From a virus (lineage: Duplodnaviria > Caudoviricetes): a DNA stretch of 32,125 bases. The notes under the pieces were generated by a model. That model saw only the letters and a program-made list of their open reading frames with translations. It did not search any database and was not told where the DNA came from. The position numbers were made by a program, and so were the translations under genes. The stretch is taken from positions 1 to 32,125 of IMG/VR virus record IMGVR_UViG_3300020045_018670, one strand, 5' to 3'. Shown piece after piece: positions 9,260 through 17,611 of the stretch (positions within the stretch are counted from its first letter, which is position 1; each line of letters starts with the position of its first letter).

Positions 9260-9472
9260 TTAAATTTCTATTTGTAATTGATTGTTGGTGATGATGGCAT
9301 CACATTTTACATATTCTAAATCGAAAGCCTGTGTTTCTATTTCCTTTCGAGTGTTTCGATTGTGTGGACAATTGGCCGTACAATCAAAGCTTCCAATTTT
9401 AACCCCGATGTTTTCTTTGCAATTCTCGGCCAGTGTTTCGTCGGGGTTTCTTTTTATTTTATGGGAGTTCAT
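9260..9472 (-). CDS. Small Cys-rich hypothetical protein
   Basis: 70 aa, four Cys (C..IGSFDCTANCPH..C); TAATG overlap with upstream gene. Confidence 0.65.
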   Translation of the reverse strand: MNSHKIKRNPDETLAENCKENIGVKIGSFDCTANCPHNRNTRKEIETQAFDLEYVKCDAIITNNQLQIEI

Positions 9473-11484
9473 TAAGCCACTCTCAATTTCGAATCATTTT
9501 CAGAAACTATCAGGTTGATCAATTGGCTTTCGATTTCGATTACCTTGATGATTGATTCCCGGTTGTCAATGAAGATAGGAGCGGTCACTTGGTAGAATTC
9601 GCAAAGCGTGTTGATGATGTCCAATCCTGCATTTATTTTGGATGCGGTGTTGGCATCGCTGAACGGCACACCATCAATAAGAGCATCACAACATTCCACC
9701 TCGCCACCGTTGATTTGGGTTTCGAACATTCGGAAATTCACGAACTTGAATTTCTCGTTGATCTTGGCTTCGAGCGTGTCAATTTTCAGTTTGTTGAACC
9801 TTTCGATTAGGAACTGGGTTTTCTCCACATTGGCGATTTGTTGTGCCAATTCGCTTTCCTCTTTCTCCAAGTCGGCAATACGTTTGTCAACTGCTTTGAT
9901 TTGTTCCTCGTTGCGTAATCGTGATTTAATGGTGTCAATCTCCTGAACCAAGGCAGCTCTTTTAGCTTTCAGTTCTGAATTGTCTGCCGTTGGAACATCT
10001 TCGATGGCGATAGTCACCAAGGTTTCATATTCTTTCGTTTTAGCCATGTAATCGGTATTTTTTATCAGACTTTCTCTAATAAGAGAATCCTTGTCGATAG
10101 TTGCAGTTGCAGTAGTTTTTGCAGCTTCAGTTTCCACATTGCCTTCCAAAGTCTTGATTTCCGTTTTCAGTGTTTCTACAGACTTTCTACCGTTGTCAAT
10201 ACGCTCTTCCAGTCCTTTTGCTTCGGCTTGCAAGGCTGTTTTTTCGGAATTCAAATTGGCTCCACTGGTATTGATGTTTGCCAAGGCATTTACTTTGTTG
10301 GTTTTGAAATTCGCCAACATTTCGGCTTTTTTACCCTCAACATCTCCGGCTTCAAATTCTCTTTTACAGGTCGGACAATGAAAATCTTCATCGTTAAAGT
10401 TCAATTCTTTGGCATTCTCGGCAGCCCAATTGTTGCGAAGCGTGGCCAGTTTACTATCAATGATTTTTACTTGATCATTGATTGATTCTTCTTTTACAAT
10501 CAAGGTATTCACACCGTTGACATAACTGGTCAATTCTCCTTTTTTGGTTTCCAGATTTCTTTTCAAATTGTCCAAAGCGGAAGTGTCCGGTTTCAAACTA
10601 TTTTCGATTTCCGTTTTGGTGTTGGTTTGGATGGTTTCTATTTCGAATTTCAAGGTGTTTACCTTGGTTTTCTTCTCGTTGATGGCTTGAAGTTTACCGT
10701 CGAAAGCTTTGGAACTGTCGGTGATTTCATCATCAATTTTCGACAACTCTTTTTGTTTCATATCCAAACTGATTCCAAGATTGACAAAATCGAATGTTTC
10801 CGGCTTGCTTTTGGAAACCTCGTCAATTCGGGTTGGAATTGCCTTGATGTCGTCTTTGGCTTTTTTGATGGAAGCCGTGATCATCTTTTTGTATTCCTCG
10901 ACTGATTTGTAGGCTTTGGCATCATTCAAAAGGTTTTGAAATGCTTCATTGCCATCGGCCAGTTCCTCTTCGGTAACGGGAGCCATTGCAACAAGAATGT
11001 TTCTTCGGTCCTGCCATTTCATCGCATTGAAAGCAAGAGGATTGGTAATCATCTTGAAGATGGTTTCTTCCAGAATTTCCGAAACTCGCATCTGGAATTC
11101 TTTTTGTTGCATCGGTAAGCTGTTCCAGTAGTACTCGGTTACGTTTCCGGCAAACTCCGTTACTTCAGAACCACGTTTTTTAACCCAATTTTCTTTGAGT
11201 ATTCTCGAAATGATGATCTCGATACCATCTACAAAAATTACGGCTGAAACTTCGTGTTCTATTTTTGGGATGGCTACATTGAATTTGTCCAAAGTTTTGA
11301 TCTCAAAATCTTTTCTATCGGTAGAATCTTTACCAAACATCATCCATAAAAAAGCATCCATAATGGTTGTTTTTCCGGTTCCGTTTGCTCCGAAAATATC
11401 AGTGTTTTTCTCGAAACTGATTTTCTCGTTTCTCAACCCTTTGAAATTGGTAAGGGTGATTTCCTTGATTTGAATTGTTTTCAT
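9472..11484 (-). CDS. Rad50/SbcC-like coiled-coil ATPase
   Basis: LTNFKG, Walker A GANGTGKT, central CPTC zinc-hook-like motif between coiled coils, Walker B PIFIDNRES. Confidence 0.92.
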   Translation of the reverse strand: MKTIQIKEITLTNFKGLRNEKISFEKNTDIFGANGTGKTTIMDAFLWMMFGKDSTDRKDFEIKTLDKFNVAIPKIEHEVSAVIFVDGIEIIISRILKENWVKKRGSEVTEFAGNVTEYYWNSLPMQQKEFQMRVSEILEETIFKMITNPLAFNAMKWQDRRNILVAMAPVTEEELADGNEAFQNLLNDAKAYKSVEEYKKMITASIKKAKDDIKAIPTRIDEVSKSKPETFDFVNLGISLDMKQKELSKIDDEITDSSKAFDGKLQAINEKKTKVNTLKFEIETIQTNTKTEIENSLKPDTSALDNLKRNLETKKGELTSYVNGVNTLIVKEESINDQVKIIDSKLATLRNNWAAENAKELNFNDEDFHCPTCKREFEAGDVEGKKAEMLANFKTNKVNALANINTSGANLNSEKTALQAEAKGLEERIDNGRKSVETLKTEIKTLEGNVETEAAKTTATATIDKDSLIRESLIKNTDYMAKTKEYETLVTIAIEDVPTADNSELKAKRAALVQEIDTIKSRLRNEEQIKAVDKRIADLEKEESELAQQIANVEKTQFLIERFNKLKIDTLEAKINEKFKFVNFRMFETQINGGEVECCDALIDGVPFSDANTASKINAGLDIINTLCEFYQVTAPIFIDNRESIIKVIEIESQLINLIVSENDSKLRVA

Positions 11485-11508
11485 TTTACTCGTTGTTAAA
11501 TTTGATTG

Positions 11509-11628
11509 TTATTTGAAAATTAAGTAAGCTATTAATGCACCTATAAAAGCGCCAACCGAAAGTGCGAGAAGCACTCCGTAACAGAATACTGAAAAGATCC
11601 TGTTTGTTCTTTCGTCGTCGTGTTTCAT
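11509..11628 (-). CDS. Small single-pass membrane protein (39 aa; not in ORF track)
   Basis: Hand translation: MKHDDERTNRIFSVFCYGVLLALSVGAFIGALIAYLIFK*; ATGA overlap with upstream ORF. Confidence 0.65.
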   Translation of the reverse strand: MKHDDERTNRIFSVFCYGVLLALSVGAFIGALIAYLIFK

Positions 11629-11789
11629 GATACTTTTTTTAATCGTTTATCATATTGCTCACACTCGTATCGCCACCTCATTGCGATTATAAATTCATCA
11701 AAGAATGTTTTTTCTTTATCGCTTATTTTATCGTAAGTTTTGCCGTTTATAAGCCACTTACCGTCTGTTTTTTTGACTTCGATTCTCAT
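11625..11789 (-). CDS. Small hypothetical protein (54 aa; not in ORF track)
   Basis: Hand translation: MRIEVKKTDGKWLINGKTYDKISDKEKTFFDEFIIAMRWRYECEQYDKRLKKVS*; fills the operon gap exactly. Confidence 0.7.
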   Translation of the reverse strand: MRIEVKKTDGKWLINGKTYDKISDKEKTFFDEFIIAMRWRYECEQYDKRLKKVS

Positions 11790-11791
11790 TG

Positions 11792-12067
11792 TTATAGTTT
11801 CTCGATTAATATTTCAAGCGCTTTCGATTCAAAAGACACGTTTGTCACGATGGAATACAGCGCATTGGCTATGGTCGTGAATGCTGATCTTCTCACATTG
11901 TTTCCGGACACTTCGGCTTCATTCATACATTTGTGAATGAACTCCGTGTAATCTTCGAAGGTTTCGACTTTTCTATACGCACTCTCGATGTAGCAGTATA
12001 TAAAAGGGAATACCGGAAACTTAATGTCTGGTTTGTGGAATCCTGAATTATTTCGTAGGTTTGGCAT
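11792..12067 (-). CDS. Hypothetical early protein
   Basis: 91-aa ORF on the operon strand. Confidence 0.6.
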   Translation of the reverse strand: MPNLRNNSGFHKPDIKFPVFPFIYCYIESAYRKVETFEDYTEFIHKCMNEAEVSGNNVRRSAFTTIANALYSIVTNVSFESKALEILIEKL

Positions 12068-12111
12068 CTCTAAAAGTTTTTAATTATACTCGTGATTAAA
12101 AATTTGATTGT

Positions 12112-12140
12112 AAAACCGATTGTTAGCGCAGTCGGTTTTT
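12112..12140. terminator. Intrinsic terminator-like hairpin in early operon
   Basis: AAAACCGATTG-TTAGCG-CAGTCGGTTTT with A/T tracts on both sides, immediately after the stop of 12141..12359. Confidence 0.65.
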
Positions 12141-12359
12141 TTATTTCTGCAAATGCTTGGGTTTTGAATTCTTTTTCCCTGTACTCAAAATCTCAGCATA
12201 ATTATTTATTCGTTCTTTCTGAGTTGGCTCTTTCTTGACAGCTACTTTTATTTCACTGCCAAGTCCGAAACCAAAGCGTTTGAGTATCTCATCCGCTTTC
12301 ATTAAATGTTCCCTCAAACATTTTAATTCTTTTGCTGGTATCTGTATTAGTGCTCCCAT
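12141..12359 (-). CDS. Hypothetical early protein
   Basis: 72-aa basic ORF directly after the cro-like gene. Confidence 0.65.
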   Translation of the reverse strand: MGALIQIPAKELKCLREHLMKADEILKRFGFGLGSEIKVAVKKEPTQKERINNYAEILSTGKKNSKPKHLQK

Positions 12360-12377
12360 ATTTTATCACCAGTGGTT

Positions 12378-12590
12378 TTAAGTATTGGCAGTTTCCGATT
12401 CGAAAATGTCTTTGTCTTTTAATCCGGTGCTTTTGTAGAATTTGACCGCAGCAGCTTTGGTCAAATTGTCTGAATTGTTTTTGGCAAGAATTTGAACATT
12501 ACGCTCTGTAACACCCAATGCCAAGGCTGTTCTTAAACGAAAATCTTTATCGTTTACAATTTTTTCAAGTATTAATGTGCTTACATTCAT
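12378..12590 (-). CDS. Cro-like small DNA-binding protein
   Basis: 70 aa, RLRTALALGVTERNVQ HTH-like segment; first gene of the lytic operon, divergent from the repressor. Confidence 0.7.
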   Translation of the reverse strand: MNVSTLILEKIVNDKDFRLRTALALGVTERNVQILAKNNSDNLTKAAAVKFYKSTGLKDKDIFESETANT

Positions 12591-12600
12591 TTTTTATTTG

Positions 12601-12666
12601 TAATTTCGTTCGTAAATATATGCGAATATACAAAGTATTTACGAAGTACAAAATAATTTACGAAGT
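12601..12666. promoter_or_regulatory. Lysis-lysogeny switch region: operator-like repeats and opposed promoter elements
   Basis: ATTTACGAAGT at 12637 and 12656, inverted copy TTCGTAAATA at 12609; -7-like octamers TAATTTCG (+, 12601-12608) and TATATTCG (-, 12623-12630), each one mismatch from TAnnTTTG. Confidence 0.65.
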
Positions 12667-12702
12667 TTTTTAAAACTTTTTCAGGAAATATTTTATAACG
12701 CT

Positions 12703-13143
12703 ATGAATACAGTTGATAATCAGAAAGATATAAACTTTAACAAACTAAATTTTTTACTCAAAAAATTAAGTCTGGAATTCCCTGTTGCTGATTTATCAAG
12801 AAAAACAAAGTATTCACAGGCAACAATAAGTCCGTATTTAAGCGGAAAAATCAAACCTTCTACAAAGTTTTTACAAAGTATAATGAAAAACTTCGAAATC
12901 AATTTGGATGGTTTCGAGAATGAGTACAAACAAGACGGATCTTTAGATTCCACTTCAGAGGAAGCAGCAGATTATGGTTTGAATGAATCTGGAAAAAAAG
13001 AATTGAAAGGCAAAGAAAATCCATCTCCAAAAGGTGGTGAAAACGACTCGGTAGTCGTTAGTAGGTTGACAAAGATGTTGGAGGATGCTTATGACGAAAT
13101 AAAGGTTTTACGTCAACAATTGGAACGCAAAAAGAATAGTTGA
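12703..13143 (+). CDS. CI-like XRE-family repressor without S24 peptidase domain
   Basis: VADLSRKTKYSQATISPYLSGKIKPS HTH; acidic linker; short C-terminal coiled coil. Confidence 0.8.
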   Translation: MNTVDNQKDINFNKLNFLLKKLSLEFPVADLSRKTKYSQATISPYLSGKIKPSTKFLQSIMKNFEINLDGFENEYKQDGSLDSTSEEAADYGLNESGKKELKGKENPSPKGGENDSVVVSRLTKMLEDAYDEIKVLRQQLERKKNS

Positions 13144-13343
13144 AGTTTCAGTTTGAAAATAGTGCAATAAGCGTATATCAATTTAAAAATTAGAGATACG
13201 CAACTGATTCTTGAGTGCATTTTAATGAGGTTTTTTGGTTAAAAAGCCTAATTGTAAGTGTTTTCAAAATGTTTATTTTACGGTTTTCCTCATTATGGGA
13301 AATATTTTTCTTACTTATTTAAGTATCAATTCAATAAAAAACT

Positions 13344-13898
13344 ATGAAAAAAATTATTTTAGGGTTATTAATATTTTTCAATTTATCTCTATACGGACAA
13401 GAATCTGAATTTGTATTTACAAAAGATGGCCTGACAGATTATGTGGTTACTCCAGCGCCAGGAAAAACACAAAATGAACTTTACAAAAAAGCATTAGAAT
13501 GGGTTTCTTATTTTTTCAAAGTACCTGGAGAAGTGATAAAGGCAAATGTTGAAAATGATTATATACGAATAGAAGGGTCAAGCAAGGATCTCATTTGTTA
13601 TAGTTATATGGGAAAAAGATGCGGAGATACTAAGTATGAAATAGAAATTTCATTTAAGGATGGCAAATACAAATTTGACGTGTTAAGCATATCAGAGTTC
13701 AACAACATTTCTAAATCTACTTCGTGGACCAATTTCGAAATCAATAACACGGCTTCTTATTTTGACAAAAAAGGAGAAGTGAAAAGCTCATATAAATTTA
13801 TTATTAAAACGGTTCCGGAATATTTCAATAGCATCAACTTAAACTTGAAGGATTTTTTAACCGGTGAAGTTGTTGCGAGTAAGAAAAACGATTGGTAA
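13344..13898 (+). CDS. Exported DUF4468-like protein
   Basis: Signal peptide MKKIILGLLIFFNLSLYG|Q; ELYKKALEWV and YEIEISFKDGKYK motifs. Confidence 0.75.
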   Translation: MKKIILGLLIFFNLSLYGQESEFVFTKDGLTDYVVTPAPGKTQNELYKKALEWVSYFFKVPGEVIKANVENDYIRIEGSSKDLICYSYMGKRCGDTKYEIEISFKDGKYKFDVLSISEFNNISKSTSWTNFEINNTASYFDKKGEVKSSYKFIIKTVPEYFNSINLNLKDFLTGEVVASKKNDW

Positions 13899-14164
13899 TG
13901 TACACTTCAGACAAAAAAATAATAGAATTGATTGATCTTTTGAAATATCAAAAGAAGATTTCGTCTACAAAAGATTTTTGTCGAGAAATAGAAGTTTTGG
14001 CGCAAACCGTTTCTAAAATAAAAAAAGGCAGTAATCATTTTACGGTCCAGCAAATTGAAATCATTTGCAAAAAATATAACGTCAACGCCAACTGGATATT
14101 TGGTCTTCAGGATGAAGTATTTAACTATAAAATTAGTAACCAAAAAAGTGTACAAACCGTATAA
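13898..14164 (+). CDS. XRE-family HTH regulator
   Basis: KDFCREIEVLAQTVSKIKKG...ICKKYNVNANWIFG; TAATG coupling gives start 13898. Confidence 0.8.
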   Translation: MYTSDKKIIELIDLLKYQKKISSTKDFCREIEVLAQTVSKIKKGSNHFTVQQIEIICKKYNVNANWIFGLQDEVFNYKISNQKSVQTV

Positions 14165-14238
14165 AATAATCAAATTTTAAAAGCTTGTAAGGTCAGTAAA
14201 ATCAACCATTGACGAAATCAAATATATCTTTAGGAGTT

Positions 14239-14258
14239 TTCGATTCCCGGCGATTCCA
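14239..14258 (+). other. attP core: 3' fragment of tmRNA (or tRNA-Ala) from T-loop to discriminator
   Basis: TTCGATT (T-loop) CCCGG (T-stem 3' strand) CGATTCC (acceptor 3' strand, U at position 70) A; the 5' T-stem partner is absent upstream. Confidence 0.75.
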
Positions 14259-14260
14259 CA

Positions 14261-14286
14261 AAAAGCCCCTGTTTTACAGGGGTTTT
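14261..14286 (+). terminator. Terminator hairpin after the RNA-gene 3' fragment
   Basis: AAAAGCCCCTGT-TTT-ACAGGGGTTTT. Confidence 0.7.
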
Positions 14287-14375
14287 AAAGATTATTGAAA
14301 TAAAAGTGTACAAATAGTGTACACGGTTGATTTTTAAATGTTCCCTCAAGCATTTTAATTTTTAATTAAATTAAA

Positions 14376-15539
14376 ATGAAAAAATCAATCTTTACTGTTC
14401 CGAAAGTTGTCAAATATGATGACTTGAACAAATCTTGGTACGTATATTTCAGATACAACGGTACCAAGATTTGTTACAAAAAAGGAATCAATTACATTAA
14501 GAATTACAACAAACGTTTGACTGAAGCAAATGCTTTGGCGACTGCTTTGCACGATAAATTGAAAAGGGATTGGAATCCATTAATTCCTGACGTGATCAAT
14601 TCTAAAAGCAATTTAACCTTATCTGAAGCTTTAGATTTTGCTTTATTGGAGAAGAAAAAAACGCTGGCCAATAAAACTAAAATCGATTACAGCTGCACTG
14701 TTAAATTTGCAAAACAAGCTATTTACGATCTGCATTTCGATTATTTGGCAGTTGTCGAAACTAAAAGAATTCACATCAAATTAATACTTGAGAAGATAAA
14801 AGAAACACGTAAATGGTCTAACAAAGCATTTAATAAAAATCTTGGCTATCTCAAAGCGATTTTGAGTGAGTTGATGCAATGGGATATTATAGAAAATAAC
14901 CCGGCACATGGAATAAGATCTTTAAAAGTTGGAGAAATTACAGCCAATACTCCAGCTACAGACGACGAAATTATTAAAATAAAGAAAAAGATACTTTCTG
15001 ATTTCCCAAATTTTTACCCTTACATCACCTGCATATTTCACACCGGAATACGTCCTGAAGAACTTTTACACGTTCAGTTAAAAATGGTTGATCTGAACAG
15101 GAACCAAATCATATTGCCACCAGAAATAACAAAAACAGAAATCGAAAGAATTGTTCCAATAAATCAATTCCTGAAATCACATTTCGAACAAATGAAATTA
15201 TCCCAATATAGTCCGGACTTTTATTTGTTTGGAACAAAACGGGAATTTTCCAACCGTGGATTAAAAAAGGATCTCGATTTTATTCCAGGACCAAAAAGAC
15301 TTAACCGAGATTGCGCTTCAAAACTATGGCGTAAACTAATCAAAACAGATCTTGGTATCAATGTGAACATGTATTCTTTAAAACACCTTGGAGCCAACAA
15401 AAAGATACTGGCTGGTGTGGAACTGGATGCGCTTCGTGAACTTTATGGCCATACTTCCAAAATGATGACATTGCGATATGCTAAAGTGGTTAAAGAAGTC
15501 AATCGGAAACAGATTTTGGAGAAATCTCCGGACTTTTAG
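14376..15539 (+). CDS. int: Tyrosine recombinase / phage integrase
   Basis: HTGIRPEE (R), ITKT (K), YSLKH (variant HxxR box), YGHTS, TLRYA (Y); N-terminal WYVYFRY arm-binding-like domain; adjacent to att site. Confidence 0.95.
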   Translation: MKKSIFTVPKVVKYDDLNKSWYVYFRYNGTKICYKKGINYIKNYNKRLTEANALATALHDKLKRDWNPLIPDVINSKSNLTLSEALDFALLEKKKTLANKTKIDYSCTVKFAKQAIYDLHFDYLAVVETKRIHIKLILEKIKETRKWSNKAFNKNLGYLKAILSELMQWDIIENNPAHGIRSLKVGEITANTPATDDEIIKIKKKILSDFPNFYPYITCIFHTGIRPEELLHVQLKMVDLNRNQIILPPEITKTEIERIVPINQFLKSHFEQMKLSQYSPDFYLFGTKREFSNRGLKKDLDFIPGPKRLNRDCASKLWRKLIKTDLGINVNMYSLKHLGANKKILAGVELDALRELYGHTSKMMTLRYAKVVKEVNRKQILEKSPDF

Positions 15540-15676
15540 AAATACAATTTTCAGGTAAAATTATATACAATAAATGTCCAAAATTATATAATGCAAAAAA
15601 GGTGTCGAATTCGACCACTTTAAAATAATTCACTTATAAGTTAATTTTTCAACTAATTCAAAATAACCAAACTAAA

Positions 15677-16279
15677 TTATTTCCCTTCAATATTTATGAT
15701 TTGGCTTTCGCCGCATTTGTCGGTTAACTTGACCGTGGCTTGTTTTTTGCCCAGGAAACGGGTTTTGATACCGAGGAAAGACCATTGTCGGCGTTCCCAG
15801 TAACCAATGGCCGTTGTGTTTCCGGTGAAAATCCTGTCGGTGATGTTCAGCCCCAATACACCGTTTTTATATTCAATAGTGCCTTTAATAACCAAACAGG
15901 AAGTACTGTCTTTTATGGGTAAAAGGATATTTTGTTTTGTATTTATAGCGGTCAAAACAGCGGACAAATCAGTATTGACAATGGTTGTGTCACGGTATTT
16001 TAATAAGTGATTCAGAACCGATGTCACTCGACTCAACTTGATGTTGTTTTCTTTCAGAATCTCTTTGTAAGCTTTGCTTTCGTTCAATGCCGTTGCCAGT
16101 TGGTCTTTTGTGTAAACCAGGTATTTCACGTTCAACGAATCGTATTTGGCATTGGCCAATTCATTGGCGATGGTGGTTTTTTTGAATTCGGCTTTATCAA
16201 AATAGTCTTTGGTAAACCAAATTCCGGCACAAACGGCGATCAATATAACCGCCCATTTTATGTAGTTTAAGTAATTCAT
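15677..16279 (-). CDS. Membrane-anchored lysis accessory protein (spanin-position, DUF6549-like)
   Basis: N-terminal TM helix, coiled coil, DTTIV, C-terminal RRQWSFLGIK..FLGKK; ATGA overlap with the endolysin. Confidence 0.65.
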   Translation of the reverse strand: MNYLNYIKWAVILIAVCAGIWFTKDYFDKAEFKKTTIANELANAKYDSLNVKYLVYTKDQLATALNESKAYKEILKENNIKLSRVTSVLNHLLKYRDTTIVNTDLSAVLTAINTKQNILLPIKDSTSCLVIKGTIEYKNGVLGLNITDRIFTGNTTAIGYWERRQWSFLGIKTRFLGKKQATVKLTDKCGESQIINIEGK

Positions 16280-16818
16280 ACGTATAGTTTTTCGGCTTTC
16301 GCCAATTTTAGATCATAATTCAAAAGCCAGTAGTTTTCTCCATTGTAGTAAAAGGCCACGACTTTCCAAACCCCGTTTACCAAGGCATTGAACATTTTTT
16401 TGTTGGACTTGATGAAAAGCAAACCCAATCTTAATTGGTTGTATTCAGAAACTTTGGCATAATCCCACATTTCGCCAACAGAATTGAAACCCAACAATTC
16501 CCAATGAAATCCCATTACTTGCATCATTCCAACCGAAGTGGCTTCCATTGCTGCATTGGGATTTTTGGCAAAAGCATCATTGAAGGCTTCCCATTCTTTT
16601 GCCTGGCGTTCTACTTTATTAAGAGACCATTTTCCCGATGGCGTGTAAGGTGATTTACGCTTGAACCAAACAGGCTCAAACTGGATGATTATCTTTCCGG
16701 TGAGATCATCAAAACCTTTACCACCGCTTTCGACGTGTTTAACGGCTTGAATTCTGGAAGTAGGAACTCCGAACTCAACCGCAAGGGATTGGATTTCCTG
16801 AAGGGTGATGGTTTTCAT
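16276..16818 (-). CDS. Endolysin, N-acetylmuramidase (DUF3380-type)
   Basis: AVKHVESGGKGF, IQFEP.WF, ATSVGMMQVMGFHW, YNG..Y...YD.KL motifs. Confidence 0.92.
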   Translation of the reverse strand: MKTITLQEIQSLAVEFGVPTSRIQAVKHVESGGKGFDDLTGKIIIQFEPVWFKRKSPYTPSGKWSLNKVERQAKEWEAFNDAFAKNPNAAMEATSVGMMQVMGFHWELLGFNSVGEMWDYAKVSEYNQLRLGLLFIKSNKKMFNALVNGVWKVVAFYYNGENYWLLNYDLKLAKAEKLYV

Positions 16819-16824
16819 AATTAA

Positions 16825-17265
16825 TTATTTTTCGATTATATCGGTAACACTTGTCTTTACTTCTTTGGCTCTGCCCAATGCTTTTTTGAGCAATGAAAAA
16901 ACATCCAATCCGGTGGCACCTTCGAAGTTTTCTTTTATGGAAACGCTTTCGATGAATATCAAGAGTAAGGCACATATTTTGGTGGCAAAAAAGGAGATGG
17001 AAAACCATTTTAAGAAGAACTCCGTCAAAATAAAGAAGTCGATTACATATAGACAGATAATACACATTTGATACAATAGCATTTTTGAAATAATTTCGCT
17101 CAATCTTCGACTGGTAACAAAATGCCACCCTTTTATTTTAATAGATCTATATATTCCAAAAAAAGTGTCCAAGAAAATAGCCGCTCCAACAGCAATCATC
17201 AATCCAGTGATTGGAGCGAAGAATATACAGGTGGCGGTTATTATGTAGATAGCGTATGATTTCAT
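16825..17265 (-). CDS. Holin (phage holin family 4-like)
   Basis: Three hydrophobic segments, FLDTFFGI, TSRRL, ESVSIKEN motifs, charged C-tail; start taken at ATG 17265. Confidence 0.85.
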   Translation of the reverse strand: MKSYAIYIITATCIFFAPITGLMIAVGAAIFLDTFFGIYRSIKIKGWHFVTSRRLSEIISKMLLYQMCIICLYVIDFFILTEFFLKWFSISFFATKICALLLIFIESVSIKENFEGATGLDVFSLLKKALGRAKEVKTSVTDIIEK

Positions 17266-17322
17266 AATTACTTTGTCGATTTTGGTTTTTAAATAAAGGC
17301 GCAATTGCTCACGCCTTTTGAA

Positions 17323-17580
17323 TTACTTTTTCCCAGGACTACCGAAAGTCACTCCATAATAAGCGAGAGCGGTTCCCAAGGCAGTCTGACCGATGCTGAC
17401 CCAATTGACCACCGTTTTGAATACCGAAAAATCAATAGTTCCGCTGGTAAGGAATTCAGTCACAACTGGACCAATTGCACCCCATACCAAAGCCAACAAT
17501 GCTCCAAACACGGCAAGTGCCAAGCCTTTAATTTTCTCCCTGTTGTTTAGGCTCCACAAGCCTGATAATGCTTCATTCAT
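17323..17580 (-). CDS. Small two-TM membrane protein (second holin or antiholin candidate)
   Basis: 85 aa, two hydrophobic helices, basic C-terminus, directly upstream of the holin. Confidence 0.65.
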   Translation of the reverse strand: MNEALSGLWSLNNREKIKGLALAVFGALLALVWGAIGPVVTEFLTSGTIDFSVFKTVVNWVSIGQTALGTALAYYGVTFGSPGKK

Positions 17581-17611
17581 AATTTCTATATTTAAAAGTT
17601 AAAGTTTAAAC

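Larger units (their letters stand above)
14144..14323. repeat. Integrase arm-type binding repeats flanking the att core
   Basis: AAAAGTGTACAAA exact at 14144-14156 and 14302-14314; each followed by a second partial copy (GTATAAA 14159-14165; AGTGTACA 14316-14323). Confidence 0.7.

Noticed and set aside
7416-11484. ATPase plus nuclease pair as an anti-phage defence system
   Set aside because: Rad50-like ATPase, RecT and MBL hydrolase form a familiar phage recombination module within the early operon
14225-14262. Complete tRNA or tmRNA gene
   Set aside because: Only the T-loop to discriminator is present; upstream bases cannot form the T-stem or acceptor stem, so it is treated as an att core
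15365-15395. Integrase inactivated because HxxR reads YSLKH
   Set aside because: This variant is, from memory, common in Bacteroidota integrases; the other catalytic residues and the att site are intact
15555-15625. AAAATTATATA direct repeat and GTCGAATTCGAC palindrome after the integrase as a second att site
   Set aside because: No similarity to the arm or core sequences; more simply a terminator-like or chance structure between convergent genes
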